Shown: positions 25,636 through 39,269, numbered from the whole stretch's first letter. The stretch: DNA of 63,883 nucleotides, filler included, from Octopus bimaculoides (GCF_001194135.2; 9 parts of 9 records of this genome joined end to end with filler, not necessarily neighbours in it), one strand, 5' to 3'. Notes: generated by a model from the sequence alone, not told the origin. A program made the numbers and translations.

Positions 25636-28600
25636 CAGAAGAAGAACAACAACAACATCTACAGGAACAAGATGAAAAAGAAGCAGAAGTAGAAGAAAGA
25701 AGTAAAACTAAAGAAGAAGAAGAAGAAGAAGAAGAAGAAGAAGAAGAAGAAGAAGAAGAAGAAGAAGAAGAAGAAGAAGAAAAAGAAGAATCGGTGAACA
25801 GAAAAGTAAGTGCATTGAAAAGTCATTAAAACTATTAGCAGTTGAAATGGTAATTTATATTCATTAAGAACCAGCAGCAAAATATATGCGAAAATAATGA
25901 ATTCGAATGAAATTATTCGTGGTCAGCATTTCTTTCGTTGATAATGAGAGGAACATCTTGCATTTCTCAGACTCAGCTATTTTAGTCACCTAGAGGGAAA
26001 GAATACATTATACTTCCTGTTTGCAAACTAGTTTGTGAATAAATAACCACTAAGATTAATTATACTAATTAGGGCTTCTTATTGAAGACTTTGTGGAGTA
26101 TACACGCTTCTTTCGCAACAATTTTATCAAATGAATTATAATTCCACATCGGTGTATCAGCATTACCAAGAATAAATATAGTTACATATTGGAAAACCGA
26201 CAAAATTGTTAGCACTACAGTATTCTGTATCACTGCATTATTGAAATGTTTTACTATTTGTTAGCACTGAATATATATAACTAGTTGAATATACGAATAC
26301 ACAAGCACAGATAAAAATAAAAACTGTTAACTTACATTTGCATATACATAGACAAAAGAAATAAATAAATGCATCTCTGTTTCGTTACATTTGATCAAGC
26401 AAAACAACATTATTGCACATGGAATATGTGTGGAAATGACTGAGCTTTCCACGTAAAAATTCACCTTAAATTAATTCGTTGGCAGGATGTATATGACGTG
26501 TAGTATCTTATATTGCACTCATGGCGTTTGAATTACACACCGGTTTCCATTTTGTATATGAATATTTAAAATTCCTGTTCGACCCAAAATCGTAAGCGCT
26601 CAAGCATTCATTGAAATATAGAAGCAGGTTACGATAATGTCATAAGGTAGTTAAACTTTTAAATGACAGGTACACATCTATCGACTTGAGTAAAAGATAA
26701 GCATGCTAAGCCGAAAACATATTGACATCAAACCTGAAAAGCGAATACCTGAACCAGAGGATATAGAATTGTATATATTTGTTGCACACATGAGCATCAG
26801 AAATATTCAGGTTAGTGAAAATATAATTGGCTCAATGTAGAAATACAGATAAGCATTGCTATGCATATTGACCAGAACTACTTCGACAACCCTGCCCCTC
26901 CGCAATTCCAATAGCACCAGCCAGGCTTCGAAAAACATGAAAGGTTCTGTTATTTATTGCTTAAGGAATATAACACATATGCACCAACTTCACTTCAGAA
27001 AACATTACATATCACTAAACATTTATCCTAAGAAATGTATGTGCCGACGAAAAACCTCTCCACGAAGTAAATGAAGTGAGACCACTTCAGTGACAAGATC
27101 GCTGTTGGTGGAACGAAAATCTTGCACAAAATAATGTTGAACTGAAATAAACAATTGTTTTGTGTTTTTGGAATGTTAATATAATGTCATCGAAGTTGTA
27201 CTTATTATACATAACAAAAGAATAGAGAAAGACTGGTGGAGAAGACCCTGTTATAAGTTATAATGTATAAAGCAAAAAAAAAAGAGAAAAAAAATTAAGC
27301 AGGCTAAAATATCCAATCAATGCAAAGCAAATTATAAACACGTGGTATGTGATATTAGAGACATTTGCAGCTTCCTCTCATTGGATCTATCAGGAATATA
27401 AACTTGTTTATATTTACATAATCAAGTATATTTAAATGCTAAAAAATTTAAACATTCCAAATCTTTCCTTCAGATAGTTGAGATTATTTACGATAGCATA
27501 TTTCTAAGTACTGAAAACGTTTCACTTATAATGGATTGTAATAATGTAGAAGCAACGTCCTTAATTTACAAACATAGCAGTCATCAGTGTAGTCGGGAGG
27601 GTGCGCGAAAAGTATTCAGCTCATGGTCCTAAGCTTGTGAGTTCGAATCCCAGAAGCGTTTTGTAATCTTTCAGAAGACATTTCGTTTCACGCTGTTTCA
27701 GACAACCTAGCTGGTAAAAGTGAGTTGTACATGTAATACGAAGGTCTAGTCTTAGCCTATTTTGTGTTACGTTGAATCTCCTTGGGAAGTATGTGAAGGT
27801 TATGCAGAACTTTGGAGAGCTCTGTCGTTGCACGTATATTTTCACGAGCAGACTATTCCGTAGATCGGATAGATTGGAACACAGCTCCCGACAAATTGTG
27901 AATTTATTAAATTATTGAAGTAGGTGTCCTTCAATTTCGATGTATTCATGAAAATAGCTGTAAAATTATCACTGCATACTGGAAGAAAGCAAATAATTAT
28001 GGTTACTTTCCTTAAATATGCCCTTACTAATTCCAAAGTATGCATTGTTATATAGCATGTATGTTAAGAATTAAACATAACCTGAACACTTGAGAATTTG
28101 TACGAATATTCCTATATACAATGGTGTTCAGTTTTATCGCTATTAAACCTCATATCAGCTGATTTGCTTAATAGAATATATTTAATATTGATAGCGAAAT
28201 GTATTAACGTTTATGCAGTTTCTATTATATAATTTTGAACAACCACAGTGTTGAGAACATTTTTTATATATAATGTCTAAATGTCATTTGTACTTTACTT
28301 ATAAAACACACAGTGACAGGAGCCTTAAAACAAATAAAATCTTATGTAATTTTCTAACAAATTATTCTGGAAGTGAAGTAATAATTCTTGTTCCATAATC
28401 CAATTTCCTCAAAAGCAATATTTTAGAATAATGTTAAAGGATCCTGTATTCACAAGTGTAGCTGAAATAATTTTATTTACATCCTTAAAAAAATATTTTA
28501 ATACCAAGTGTTGCCGATAATAATCCGTATTAATATACGTGAGCATTTCATTTAGTTTAAAATTAATTAGCGAGATGCTTATTAGTATAACTATACAATT

Positions 28601-28681
28601 TAATTTTTAAAGTAGATAACTGTAAGAGTAAATGAAATTCAATTTATGACATCTTTCAGATATCATGAGACGTAACTCACA

Positions 28682-28762
<81 letters not shown>

Positions 28763-28862
28763 NNNNNNNNNNNNNNNNNNNNNNNNNNNNNNNNNNNNNN
28801 NNNNNNTTAATTAATTAANNNNNNNNNNNNNNNNNNNNNNNNNNNNNNNNNNNNNNNNNNNN
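28763..28862. other. Artificial scaffold spacer N44-TTAATTAATTAA-N44 (8 copies in window)
   Basis: Same 100-bp pattern with the 12-mer at 28807, 36022, 43288, 50858, 53329, 59361, 60963 and 62469. Confidence 0.95.
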
Positions 28863-28939
28863 CTTGGGTGTAATTTGAGGGATTTTTGGTTACTCTTTCT
28901 AGATGTTTTTATTAAAGAAAAATTAATTCCTTTTTAACA

Positions 28940-29270
28940 GGCTGTGTAGTAAGTAGCTTGCTTACCAACCACATGGTTCCGGGTTCATTCCCACTGCATG
29001 GCACCTTGGGTAAGTGTCTTCTACTATAGCCTCGGGCCGACCAAAGCCTTGTGAGTGGATTTGGTAGACGGAAACTGAACCAATGCTGGTGTGTTTACGT
29101 CCCCGTAACTTAACAGTTCGGTAAAAGAGAGACCGATAGAATAAGTACTAGGCTTACAAAGAATAAGTCCTGGGGTCGATTTGCTCGACTAAAGGCGGTG
29201 CTCCAGCATGGTCACGGTCAAATGACCAAAATAAGTAAAAGAGTAAAAGAGTAAAAGAGTAAAGAGAGTA
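28940..29270 (+). mobile_element. tRNA-derived SINE lacking the internal microsatellite
   Basis: Same 5' and 3' halves as 23840-24478, directly joined, with an (AAAAGAGT)n tail. Confidence 0.9.
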
Positions 29271-29818
29271 ACAAAAAAAACTTGACGTGATAGAAAATTT
29301 CGGAGAGCATTTGAATGTAATTTGAGGGAGTTTTAGCTACTATTTCTAGGTGTTTCGAACAGTGGCATCGAGGATTCGTGCCCTATCGGCACGTGATTGT
29401 TCTGTAAAAATTCGAAGGAACCGCCCAAGATCGAAGTGGAAAAGTGTATCGAACTATCGAATGGTAGTGGTGATGGTGGTGGTTGCGGGTGGGCAGATAC
29501 CTGTGTTAGTCGAAGCAAAGACTTGCAGGAAACGGACCGAATACTTCACCATTGATCGTCGTTGCAGTCAACAAACACCCCGCGGTTATTATAAATTAGC
29601 TCCAAGACAACCCTGAGCGAGTAGATCTATGTTTAGAGGTATTCCAGCCGTGACCATACCGTCTTACTTTGAAATATGATGCATCAAAGAATATAGAATT
29701 ATGTTATCCTTGGCAACATCTTTCCATTCTTCTCTGAAGTTGCTTCCTTTATCTTGTTTCTGCCGATCCATGCTTTTGTTTTTAGCCAAAGGACAGGAGA
29801 AATATTGTCTTCTTGGCA

Positions 29819-30430
29819 GAGGCGGCGAACTGGCTGAATCGTTAGCACGCCGGGCGTAATGCTTATGGTATTTCGTCTGTCGCTACGTTCTGAGTTCAAA
29901 TTCCGCCGAGGTCGACTTTGCCTTTTAGTCTTTCGGGGTCGATAAATCAAGTACCAGTTGCGTACTGAGGTCGATCTAATCGACTGACCCCTCTCCCCCG
30001 AAAATCTCGGGCCTTGTGCTTAGAGCAGAAAAAAATGCTTACCGGTATTTCGTCTGTTGCTACGTTCTGAGTTCAAATTCCGCCAAGGTCGACTTTGTCA
30101 TTCATCCTTTCGAGGTCGATAAATAAAGTACCAGTTGCATACTGGGATCGATTTAATCGACTGCCACCTCCTTCCCCATCCCCAAAATTTCAGGTTTTGT
30201 GCCTATAGTAGAACGGTTTATTTTCTTGGCAGAATTGTTAGCACGCCGGGCAAAATGCTTTGCACATTTCGTCCGTTTTCACGTTCTGAATTCAAATTCC
30301 ACCGAGGTCGACTTTGCCCTTCATCCTTTCTGGGTCGATAAAATAAGTACCAGTTGCGTAATGGGGATCGATGTAATCGATTTACATCTTCCGCCATGAT
30401 TGCCGGCCTTGACACAAAATTTGAAATCAT
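29819..30430 (+). mobile_element. Head-to-tail trimer of a tRNA-derived SINE
   Basis: Three successive GAGTTCAAATTCCGCCGAGGTCGACTTTGCC...GGTCGATAAA...AGTACCAGTTG cores; monomers start near 29819, 30033 and 30226. Confidence 0.9.
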
Positions 30431-30537
30431 TATTTTCTACATGAAACATGGGAATTTGCGAGCTCCATGAAATGCGTACATGGACTTTGAGACGAATCGT
30501 TTGCACACACTCTTTCAGCCACTTCTATGTGTATGTG

Positions 30538-30568
<31 letters not shown>

Positions 30569-31944
30569 GTGTTATTTGCGATTTGTTGTTCAAATTTCAG
30601 CTCTTCTACATGGAAACCGTTCGTTATTNNNNNNNNNNNNNNNNNNNNNNNNNNNNNNNNNNNNNNNNNNNNNNNNNNNNNNNNNNNNNNNNNNNNNNNN
30701 NNNNNNNNNNNNNNNNNNNNNNNNNNNNNNNNNNNNNNNNNNNNNNNNNNNNNNNNNNNNNNNNNNNNNNNNNNNNNNNNNNNNNNNNNNNNNNNNNNNN
30801 NNNNNNNNNNNNNNNNNNNNNNNNNNNNNNNNNNNNNNNNNNNNNNNNNNNNNNNNNNNNNNNNNNNNNNNNNNNNNNNNNNNNNNNNNNNNNNNNNNNN
30901 NNNNNNNNNNNNNNNNNNNNNNNNNNNNNNNNNNNNNNNNNNNNNNNNNNNNNNNNNNNNNNNNNNNNNNNNNNNNNNNNNNNNNNNNNNNNNNNNNNNN
31001 NNNNNNNNNNNNNNNNNNNNNNNNNNNNNNNNNNNNNNNNNNNNNNNNNNNNNNNNNNNNNNNNNNNNNNNNNNNNNNNNNNNNNNNNNNNNNNNNNNNN
31101 NNNNNNNNNNNNNNNNNNNNNNNNNNNNNNNNNNNNNNNNNNNNNNNNNNNNNNNNNNNNNNNNNNNNNNNNNNNNNNNNNNNNNNNNNNNNNNNNNNNN
31201 NNNNNNNNNNNNNNNNNNNNNNNNNNNNNNNNNNNNNNNNNNNNNNNNNNNNNNNNNNNNNNNNNNNNNNNNNNNNNNNNNNNNNNNNNNNNNNNNNNNN
31301 NNNNNNNNNNNNNNNNNNNNNNNNNNNNNNNNNNNNNNNNNNNNNNNNNNNNNNNGACAAACAGAAGGTCCATAATTCTTCGTCAGTTATCGACCAATTG
31401 GTAATGTTCAGTTTTGCACCTTTAACGATATAACCGAGTGCTTCTCAATTGGGGGGCGTCAGCCAAAAAGTTTTCTTGTGGAGAATTAGGGACAAGAACA
31501 ATCAAAACAACACAGAGTGTTATTTATTCACAGGTTTTTATCAGTGAACAGGCCGTGGTCTCAAAGCGACGAAAATATTTTGGCAAATTAAATTTAAATG
31601 TTGAAGTGAATCTAACAGTTTTTGTGTGTTTTTAAATGGCTTATAAACACCTTCCATGCTGCAATTGGTTTATATATATATATATATAAAGAAAACAAAA
31701 ATGGAGAAATACGGCCTTGGGATCAAGGAGACGAGAATAGTGGGTAACGTTTAGAAAATATTTCTCCATTTTCTGTTTTCCTTGAATTTTGATTCTTGAT
31801 AAACTCATGTTTCTCCTTGTATTCACCTATAATTTATGGGCATAATATGCTTGCATATGTATGCCTGTGGTTAAACATAGGTAATATACCGGTAGTATAA
31901 TGGATACTTCTATCCACTAGGCAGTTATTTTAAGCTCTAACTCA

Positions 31945-32071
<127 letters not shown>

Positions 32072-32275
32072 CAGGGTGTTCGGGTCAAATTTGACGATTT
32101 TTTATGTCTCTTTTTTGTTCAGGTCTCAGGACAGCTTAATGCAGTGGTGGACAGTCAACGGCGTTGGAGAGCATAATGATTACAGTTGTTGTTGTTGTTG
32201 TTGTTGTTGTTGAGAAAATGTTAGCTGACATGGAGGACTGGATTGCAAGCCATTTGAATATTGGAAAAGAATTAC

Positions 32276-32396
32276 CAGTATGTTAGATGCATCATGTGTA
32301 AAAATTTCCCAGGTTGGATTCGGAACCATTTTGGAGATTTCAGCTTCGCTGATTGGGTGGATTTTAGCGACGCGGATTAACACATTAGACGAGTAA
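32276..32396 (-). CDS. Candidate internal exon, 121 nt, phase 2 to 0
   Basis: gtatctttttcag acceptor and CTG|gtaatt donor. Single open frame YSSNVLIRVAKIHPISEAEISKMVPNPTWEIFTHDASNIL. No homology recognised. Confidence 0.2.
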
Positions 32397-32441
32397 CTGA
32401 AAAAAGATACGGCTAACAGCAGCAGAAGCAGCAGAAGCAGT

Positions 32442-32476
<35 letters not shown>

Positions 32477-32478
32477 GA

Positions 32479-32512
<34 letters not shown>

Positions 32513-32651
32513 AAGAAATATGAAAACGTTTAACAAAACAATGGCAACAATATGATGAATAACAGCGGCAAGATTACAACAGGAAAAAATCCCACAGTTA
32601 AATAATTCAGGTCGGTGAAAGGTCAATTAGTATATTTGAGGGGAGGGGGTG

Positions 32652-32689
<38 letters not shown>

Positions 32690-33282
32690 CGGTGGTGAGA
32701 AAGAAATGGAAGGTGAAGAAAGATCGGGGATTGTATTGTATAAATATTAGACATCAACAATAAGGCTGAAGTGAAAATATCTAAGGGGGGTGGGGGTGGG
32801 GGCGTTGAGTGTCCTCTTTGCGAGACACAAACGCTGTAAGGTCTCCCATTTGTAATATAATGAGTAAAAAAGACGTTTTTTTGGTAATTGAGATGATCCT
32901 CGTAAATTGGAAGACAGAATCTCCCACAGTGAAGAATTCAATAATTAAGGGAAATANNNNNNNNNNNNNNNNNNNNNNNNNNNNNNNNNNNNNNNNNNNN
33001 NNNNNNNNNNNNNNNNNNNNNNNNNNNNNNNNNNNNNNNNNNNNNNNNNNNNNNNNNNNNNNNNNNNNNNNNNNNNNNNNNNNNNNNNNNNNNNNNNNNN
33101 NNNNNNNNNNNNNNNNNNNNNNNNNNNNNNNNNNNNNNNNNNNNNNNNNNNNNNNNNNNNNNNNNNNNNNNNAGTAGTCTCTTATTTATTGAATTTTGTT
33201 GGGAGTCAGTAACTGATCAAAGCTGATCGAAGTATCGATCATATTTCTATCGTGTTAGAAACCCTAATATTCATGATCAGGA

Positions 33283-33662
33283 AAGGCGGCGTGTTGGCAG
33301 AATCGTTGGCATGCCGGAAAAAATGCTTAGCGGTATTTTGTCCGTGCTTACGTTTTGAGTTCAATTTCCGCCGAGGTCGAGTTTGCCTTTCATCCTTTCG
33401 GGGTCGATAAATTAAATACCAGTTGCGTACTGGAGATCGATCTAATCGACTGGCCTCCTCCTCCAAGATTTCGTGCTTTATGCCTAGAGTAGAAAAGAAC
33501 CGTTAGCATGCCGGACGAAATGCTTAGCGACATTTTGTCCGTGTTTAAATTCCGCTGAGGTCGACTTTGCTTTTCATCCTTTGAGAATCGATAGAATAAG
33601 TACCAGTTACGTACTGAGGATTGATCTAATCGCCTTATCCACTTGTGCCAAATTTGGAGACC
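33283..33662 (+). mobile_element. SINE dimer flanked by a 15-bp direct repeat (probable TSD)
   Basis: Two cores. aatattcatgatcag (33266-33280) versus aatattcataatcag (33663-33677), 14 of 15 identical. Confidence 0.85.
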
Positions 33663-33743
33663 AATATTCATAATCAGACATAATTTTCTTTATTTTTGTT
33701 TTTAGTGAATATTTTGAAGTTTTGACGCCTGAACTGAATATCT

Positions 33744-33793
33744 ATTTCACTGATGAGCTCGAAAAAGACGGAAACAAGTCGGCCGTCAGAAAT
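33744..33793 (+). ncRNA. Degenerate type I hammerhead ribozyme motif
   Basis: atttca-CTGATGA-GCTC gaaaaa GACG-GAAA-C aagtcggcc G-TC-agaaat. Core intact; stem II outer pairs and the core-proximal stem I pair are mismatched. Confidence 0.35.
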
Positions 33794-33902
33794 TACATTT
33801 CCATAGTCGTTCATCTAAGAACAGTTACGGTGTCGAGATCACTGAAATAACCTGGGACCATAATGCACATATAATCTTCTCCGAGACTAAATCAGTGAAT
33901 AT

Positions 33903-34340
33903 ATCTTTTCTACTCTAGGTACAAGGCCCGAAATTTTGGTGGGGGAGGGAGCCAGTCGATTAGATCGACTCCAGTACACAACTGCTACTTAATTTATCGA
34001 CCCCGAAAGGATGAAAGGCAAAGTCGACCTCGGCGGAATTTAAACTCAAAACGTAAAGACAGACGAAATACCGCTAAGCATTTCACCCGGCGTTCTAACG
34101 TTTTTTATTTCTTTATTGCCCACAAGGGGCTAAACATAGAGGGGACAAACAAGGACAGACAAAGGGATTAAGTCGATTACATCGACCCCAGTGCATAACT
34201 GGTACTTTATTTATCGACCTCGAAAGGATGAAAAGCAAAGTCAACCTCGGCGGAATTTGAACTCAGAACGTTACGGTAGACGAAATACCGCTAAGCATTT
34301 CACCCGGCGTGCTAACGTTTCTGCCAGCTCGCCGCCCTTA
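33903..34340 (-). mobile_element. SINE dimer, same architecture as 52096-52526
   Basis: Head, core, TAATCCCTTTGTCTGTCCTTG...GCAATAAAGAAATAA tail, then a 5'-truncated second monomer ending CCTTGTACCTAGAGTAGAAAAG. Confidence 0.9.
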
Positions 34341-34934
34341 AACCAATGAATGTAAAACCAAATATCAAAAAGGTGTCTACTGCAAAAAGGAATGATTAAA
34401 GTGTGTTGGTTTGTCTTTGTTTATAAATTGGAATTCGGCAGAGTGGAGTGTAGTGTTGAGTGTTAGAGTATGTAGTGGTGCCGTTGCGGTTGCTGTTGTT
34501 GTTTAGGCTCATATTTACCCTGGCTAGGTTGATTCATAGGCAGAGGTATTCCAGCCATGGCTATGCTCTTTGTTTCAGTATCTAGGACCATATTATGTAA
34601 TATGTCTTCCATTTTGAAACCAGTCAGAATATGCTTTGAGAGAAGTTTGATTGCTCTAAACAACGTGGGCACCATTTCTCTCTTTGGCACCATTTCTCTT
34701 TTTGGCACAATTTCAAGTGACAGCAATTGATCAAAGATGGAATATCTTCTGACCCCAGTCAAAAAGGAAAAGTTATGATGGTCCTTATTTCAGGAATCTC
34801 AGAACAGAAAGGAAATGAAATAAGTTTCATCCCTCAAGTTATCATTTCAGCCATTCCTTACCATTTTAAGAACTGGAATGATAATTCCTGAGTAAGGCAA
34901 AAGGCTACAAATACTAGTTTTAAAATTTGTTAGC

Positions 34935-35128
34935 AGAACAGAAATTTTGGTGGAGGGGCTAAATCGATTACATCAACCCCAGTACTCAACTGGTATTTAT
35001 TTTATCGACTCTGAAAGGATGAAAGGCAAAGTCGATCGCGACGGAATTTGAAATCAGGACGTAAAACCGGACGAAATAACGCTTAGCATTTTGTCCGGCG
35101 TGTTAACGATTCTGCCAGCTTGTCACCT
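34935..35128 (-). mobile_element. SINE monomer, same core family
   Basis: Reverse complement of the GGTGA..CTGGCAGAATCGTTA...GTCGATAAAATAAATACCAG copy. Confidence 0.8.
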
Positions 35129-35662
35129 TTAAAAAGAAAGGCGGATACAAATATTGGGATGTAATTATATCGATATTTGTTCTTCTCGAAAGAGACGATA
35201 TTTGTCGTCTCGGCCAGATTTGAACTCACAATATCAAGAGTCGTGACTAAGAATCACAAAGCAATTGGTTCGTCATTCTACAAATACAGCGTCTCAACCA
35301 TTGTTTCTTTCAGAAAGAAACGATGAAAAAAATAAGTCAAATTGAAACCAGGATAAGGATTTGAACCAGCGCCAGTGATCTTTGAAAACTAGTAGTGAAA
35401 CAAAGAACCACCAACCCCCCTTTCTCTCTCTCTCTCTCTTTCTCTCCTCTATGCATGTCTTCCTCTCTCTCTTAATCTCTTATATGCATCAACTCGAACA
35501 TACGAAGAATGGCGGTACTAAAACTAGCAGCAACGAAACAAAGCGTAAAAAAATTACTGGTTTCCTTTTCCGGTATGGGAAAGAGAGGCGAGAAAAAGAC
35601 AGAGCAACATACATACATACATACATACATATATACATATATACATACATACATGCATATGT

Positions 35663-35717
<55 letters not shown>

Positions 35718-35745
35718 CATATACATATTTACATACATACATACG

Positions 35746-35780
<35 letters not shown>

Positions 35781-35799
35781 GTGCATATATGTGTATATA

Positions 35800-35850
<51 letters not shown>

Positions 35851-36077
35851 CATACATATATATGTGTATATGTAATATGTGTGTGCACACACATACATAT
35901 ATATATACATACATATATATATGTGTATATATATATATATATATATTCACAGGCAGACACACACACACACACACACANNNNNNNNNNNNNNNNNNNNNNN
36001 NNNNNNNNNNNNNNNNNNNNNTTAATTAATTAANNNNNNNNNNNNNNNNNNNNNNNNNNNNNNNNNNNNNNNNNNNN

Positions 36078-36262
36078 TCATACTCTTAATTGCTTTATCT
36101 ACCCTGGTACTATCAACTCGGATAGCTGGTCCCTCTATTGGGTCGACATACAGCAGGCTCTCTTCCTCCCATTCATTCTCTTTATTAAGCAATCTATCGT
36201 AGTGGCATCTCCAGACCTCTTTCTTTGCATCCTCATTTAGTGCAAGCGTACCATCATCCATG
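36078..36262 (-). mobile_element. RTE-like LINE ORF fragment (region just before RT)
   Basis: MDDGTLALNEDAKKEVWRCHYDRLLNKENEWEEESLLYVDPIEGPAIRVDSTRVDKAIKSM fits the W..HY..LLN...I....V.KAI..MK segment that precedes GKAPG in LINE RTs. Cut by a gap. Confidence 0.75.
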
Positions 36263-36457
36263 CGAACACATTTCTCTCCTACAACATCACTATTCTCTCT
36301 CCTACACTGTCTTGCAACACGAAATACCTCGAGTATATATATATATGTTGTTGTACTTGGGGATGGTCATATTGCCAGTTTAGCCAATAAATATATATAT
36401 ATATACATACACACACATGTACATACACACACAGAGATACACACATGCGTGTGCGCG

Positions 36458-36488
<31 letters not shown>

Positions 36489-36496
36489 TTCTTCCT

Positions 36497-36655
36497 GGAT
36501 GAGATGCCAGTCCATTGCATATTTACTCACTTTTTACCAACTGAGTGAGCTGGAGCACCATGAAATGAAACGTTTTTCTCAGGAACACAACACATCTCCT
36601 GGCCTAGGAATTGAAACCACAATCTTCTGATAATGAGTCCAGCACCCTAATCACA
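36497..36655 (-). mobile_element. tRNA-derived SINE fragment
   Basis: Homologous to 23095-23250 and 46225-46400. Confidence 0.65.
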
Positions 36656-37213
36656 AAACCTTGCACCTTCACATTCTTGACTAAGACTCCCTCCCTTTTT
36701 TGCCTGGACTACATATCTGTTACCGTTGTTGCTCTGTATGGTAAGAAGGAGATAATGGCTGAGACAACAATGCTGCTAGTTCAGTCCTGTAATGAGTCAG
36801 TAAGAGAGTTACTTTTTTCTTTCAGTTGTTACATCACAAAGGCATATAAAGTGACCACCTTGTACCTTTGTCCATTCTTCATCAGTTTATATAGCCAGCC
36901 ATTCATAATGTCAGCAAATACTTTATATAGCATGGCAAAATGAGTGTATATGTGTTCACATTATTTACTAAACAGCAGCTGATGGAGTGTTCAGTGACTG
37001 AAACAATTGGTAAGTCATAACACCATCTACTTGTTGAATCATTGAGCATTCTCAGCTGGTAAACATCTTACTTAGATGAAGATCACTACACACAACACAT
37101 ACACACATATTCATATATATATATATANNNNNNNNNNNNNNNNNNNNNNNATATATATATATATATATATACATGCACACATATTCACACATACACATAC
37201 CTATATACATACA

Positions 37214-37256
<43 letters not shown>

Positions 37257-37948
37257 CATACATACATACATACATACATATGCCTATATACATATACATA
37301 GACGTACATATACCTATATACATATATAAATACATATATATACACATATATATGCATATATAAACATTTATATATGTAAATGTGTGTATATATGTATATA
37401 AATATATATACATTTATAGTGTTAGAATGGTGGCAGCTGATGAAGAAAATATTCTCTATGTAGCCTGTTTGTTTTCTGTGCCCTGTTTATGTTCTGTTTT
37501 TCAGTTTGTCCACGTTTTCTTGTGATGTCCTGTACCCAGATATGCATCTATATATACATGTAGATGTAGGTATGTACATACATGTACGTGTATATGCATA
37601 TACTCATATATTATTTATTTATATACATATATATATATATAAGAGCATGTTTTGCCTCATCTTCGAAAAGCCTAGTTTAGAATAGAGGCAGCTGATGACG
37701 GAAAAATTCCATAAGTGGCTCGTCTGTTTTCTTATATGTTCATTCTGTTGTCTGCAAACAAAGTCCGTTTTTGTGCTTTATGTTCCCGTTCCTTTTTCTG
37801 ACATCCTGTACCCGGATATGCATCTATATATACATGTAGATGTAGGTATGTACATATATGTATGTATACATGCTTATGCTCATATATCATTTGTATTATT
37901 ATATATATATATATGTATATATACACACACACACACATACATACATAC

Positions 37949-37995
<47 letters not shown>

Positions 37996-38094
37996 TACAG
38001 ATATATATATATATAAATATATATATATATAATTTATAGATAAACACATCATGCAAGCACATGCATACCAACACACACATACACACACACATAT

Positions 38095-38139
<45 letters not shown>

Positions 38140-38204
38140 TGTATATGTATATACATGTGTGTATGCATATGTATATACATGCATACATACATGTATGCAT
38201 GTTA

Positions 38205-38600
38205 AAATGTTAAACTCCCAAGATACAACTGCAAATGCTGCATTATGTCACTTTTCAGTGAAAAACATTCAAGATGATTAGCAGCTGTTCCAAAATGTCA
38301 CCAAAGTACCACCACTCATTGTAACATTACGCTGTTGTATAACAGTATACAATGATTATGTTGTAAAATATATGCAGGAAAGACAGCTCTGGGATGTATA
38401 TAAACTAAGACCTACTCTGCTTTTGAATACATGCATTGCAGCAGAAATAATATTAGTGGAGAAGTCCCTTGCAACAAAGAAAAAAAAAAAGAATTCTACC
38501 AAGTGCAAATGTAGCCTATATGAAAAAGAAAGAAATTATGTAGAGTCAAAGAGATTTGCTACATTTGTCTGTAAATGTGAACATCTCCAAAATCGGTGAG
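38205..38600 (+). mobile_element. Possible highly decayed piggyBac-like transposase C-terminus
   Basis: ALCHFSVKN...LFQNV resembles the D...H.YSVKR.T.RW...F.N segment, and KCKCSL...FATFVCKCEH resembles the terminal Cys-rich domain. Weak. Confidence 0.25.
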
Positions 38601-38687
38601 AAGGAGAATATTTTTATGGATAACTCTTTCAAAAACCTTCTCCTTTCAACCCTGATTGAAAATTCAAAGGCCATGCAGTAAGAAGGC

Positions 38688-38851
38688 GCAGGTGTAGCTG
38701 TGTGGTAAGAAGTTAGCTTGTTGACCACATGGTTTTGGGTTCAGTCCCACTGCCTGGCACCTTGGGCAAGTGTCTTCTGTTATAGCTTAGAGCTGACCAA
38801 AGACTTATGTGTAAATTTGGTTAATGGATACTGAAAGAAGTCCATCATACA

Positions 38852-38893
<42 letters not shown>

Positions 38894-39172
38894 TATATAT
38901 ATATATTGCCAATGCCGCTGGACTGGCTCCTGTGCAGGTGACATGTAAAAAACATCATTTGAGCATGGTCGTTGCCAGTACCACCCTCTTGCCGGTGGCA
39001 TGTAAAAGCACCCACTACACTCTCGGAGTGGTTGGCATTAGAAAGGGCATCCACTTGTAGAAACTCTGCCAAATCAGATTGGAGCCTGGTGTAGCCATCT
39101 GGTTCACCAGTCCTCAGTCAAATCGTCCAATCCATGCTAGCATGGAAAGTGGACGTTAAATGATGATGATGA
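38688..39172 (+). mobile_element. SINE head plus a LINE-derived 3' tail ending in (TGA)n
   Basis: Head as at 23840. Tail ...GCACCCACTACACTCTCGGAGTGGTTGGC.TTAG.AAGGGCATCC...AGCATGGAAAGTGGACGTTAAATGATGATGAT. Confidence 0.8.
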
Positions 39173-39269
39173 TATATGTGTATATATATATATGTATAAT
39201 GTTATATCCTTAAGCCTCCAATATCGTAGTATGGTTGATATTGTCAACAATAGATAACGGCTACACTGT

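Noticed and set aside
29400-29555. CpG-rich frame EPPKIEVEKCIELSNGSGDGGGCGWADTCVSRSKDLQETDRILHH*
   Set aside because: Flanked by repeat fragments, poor acceptor, no homology.
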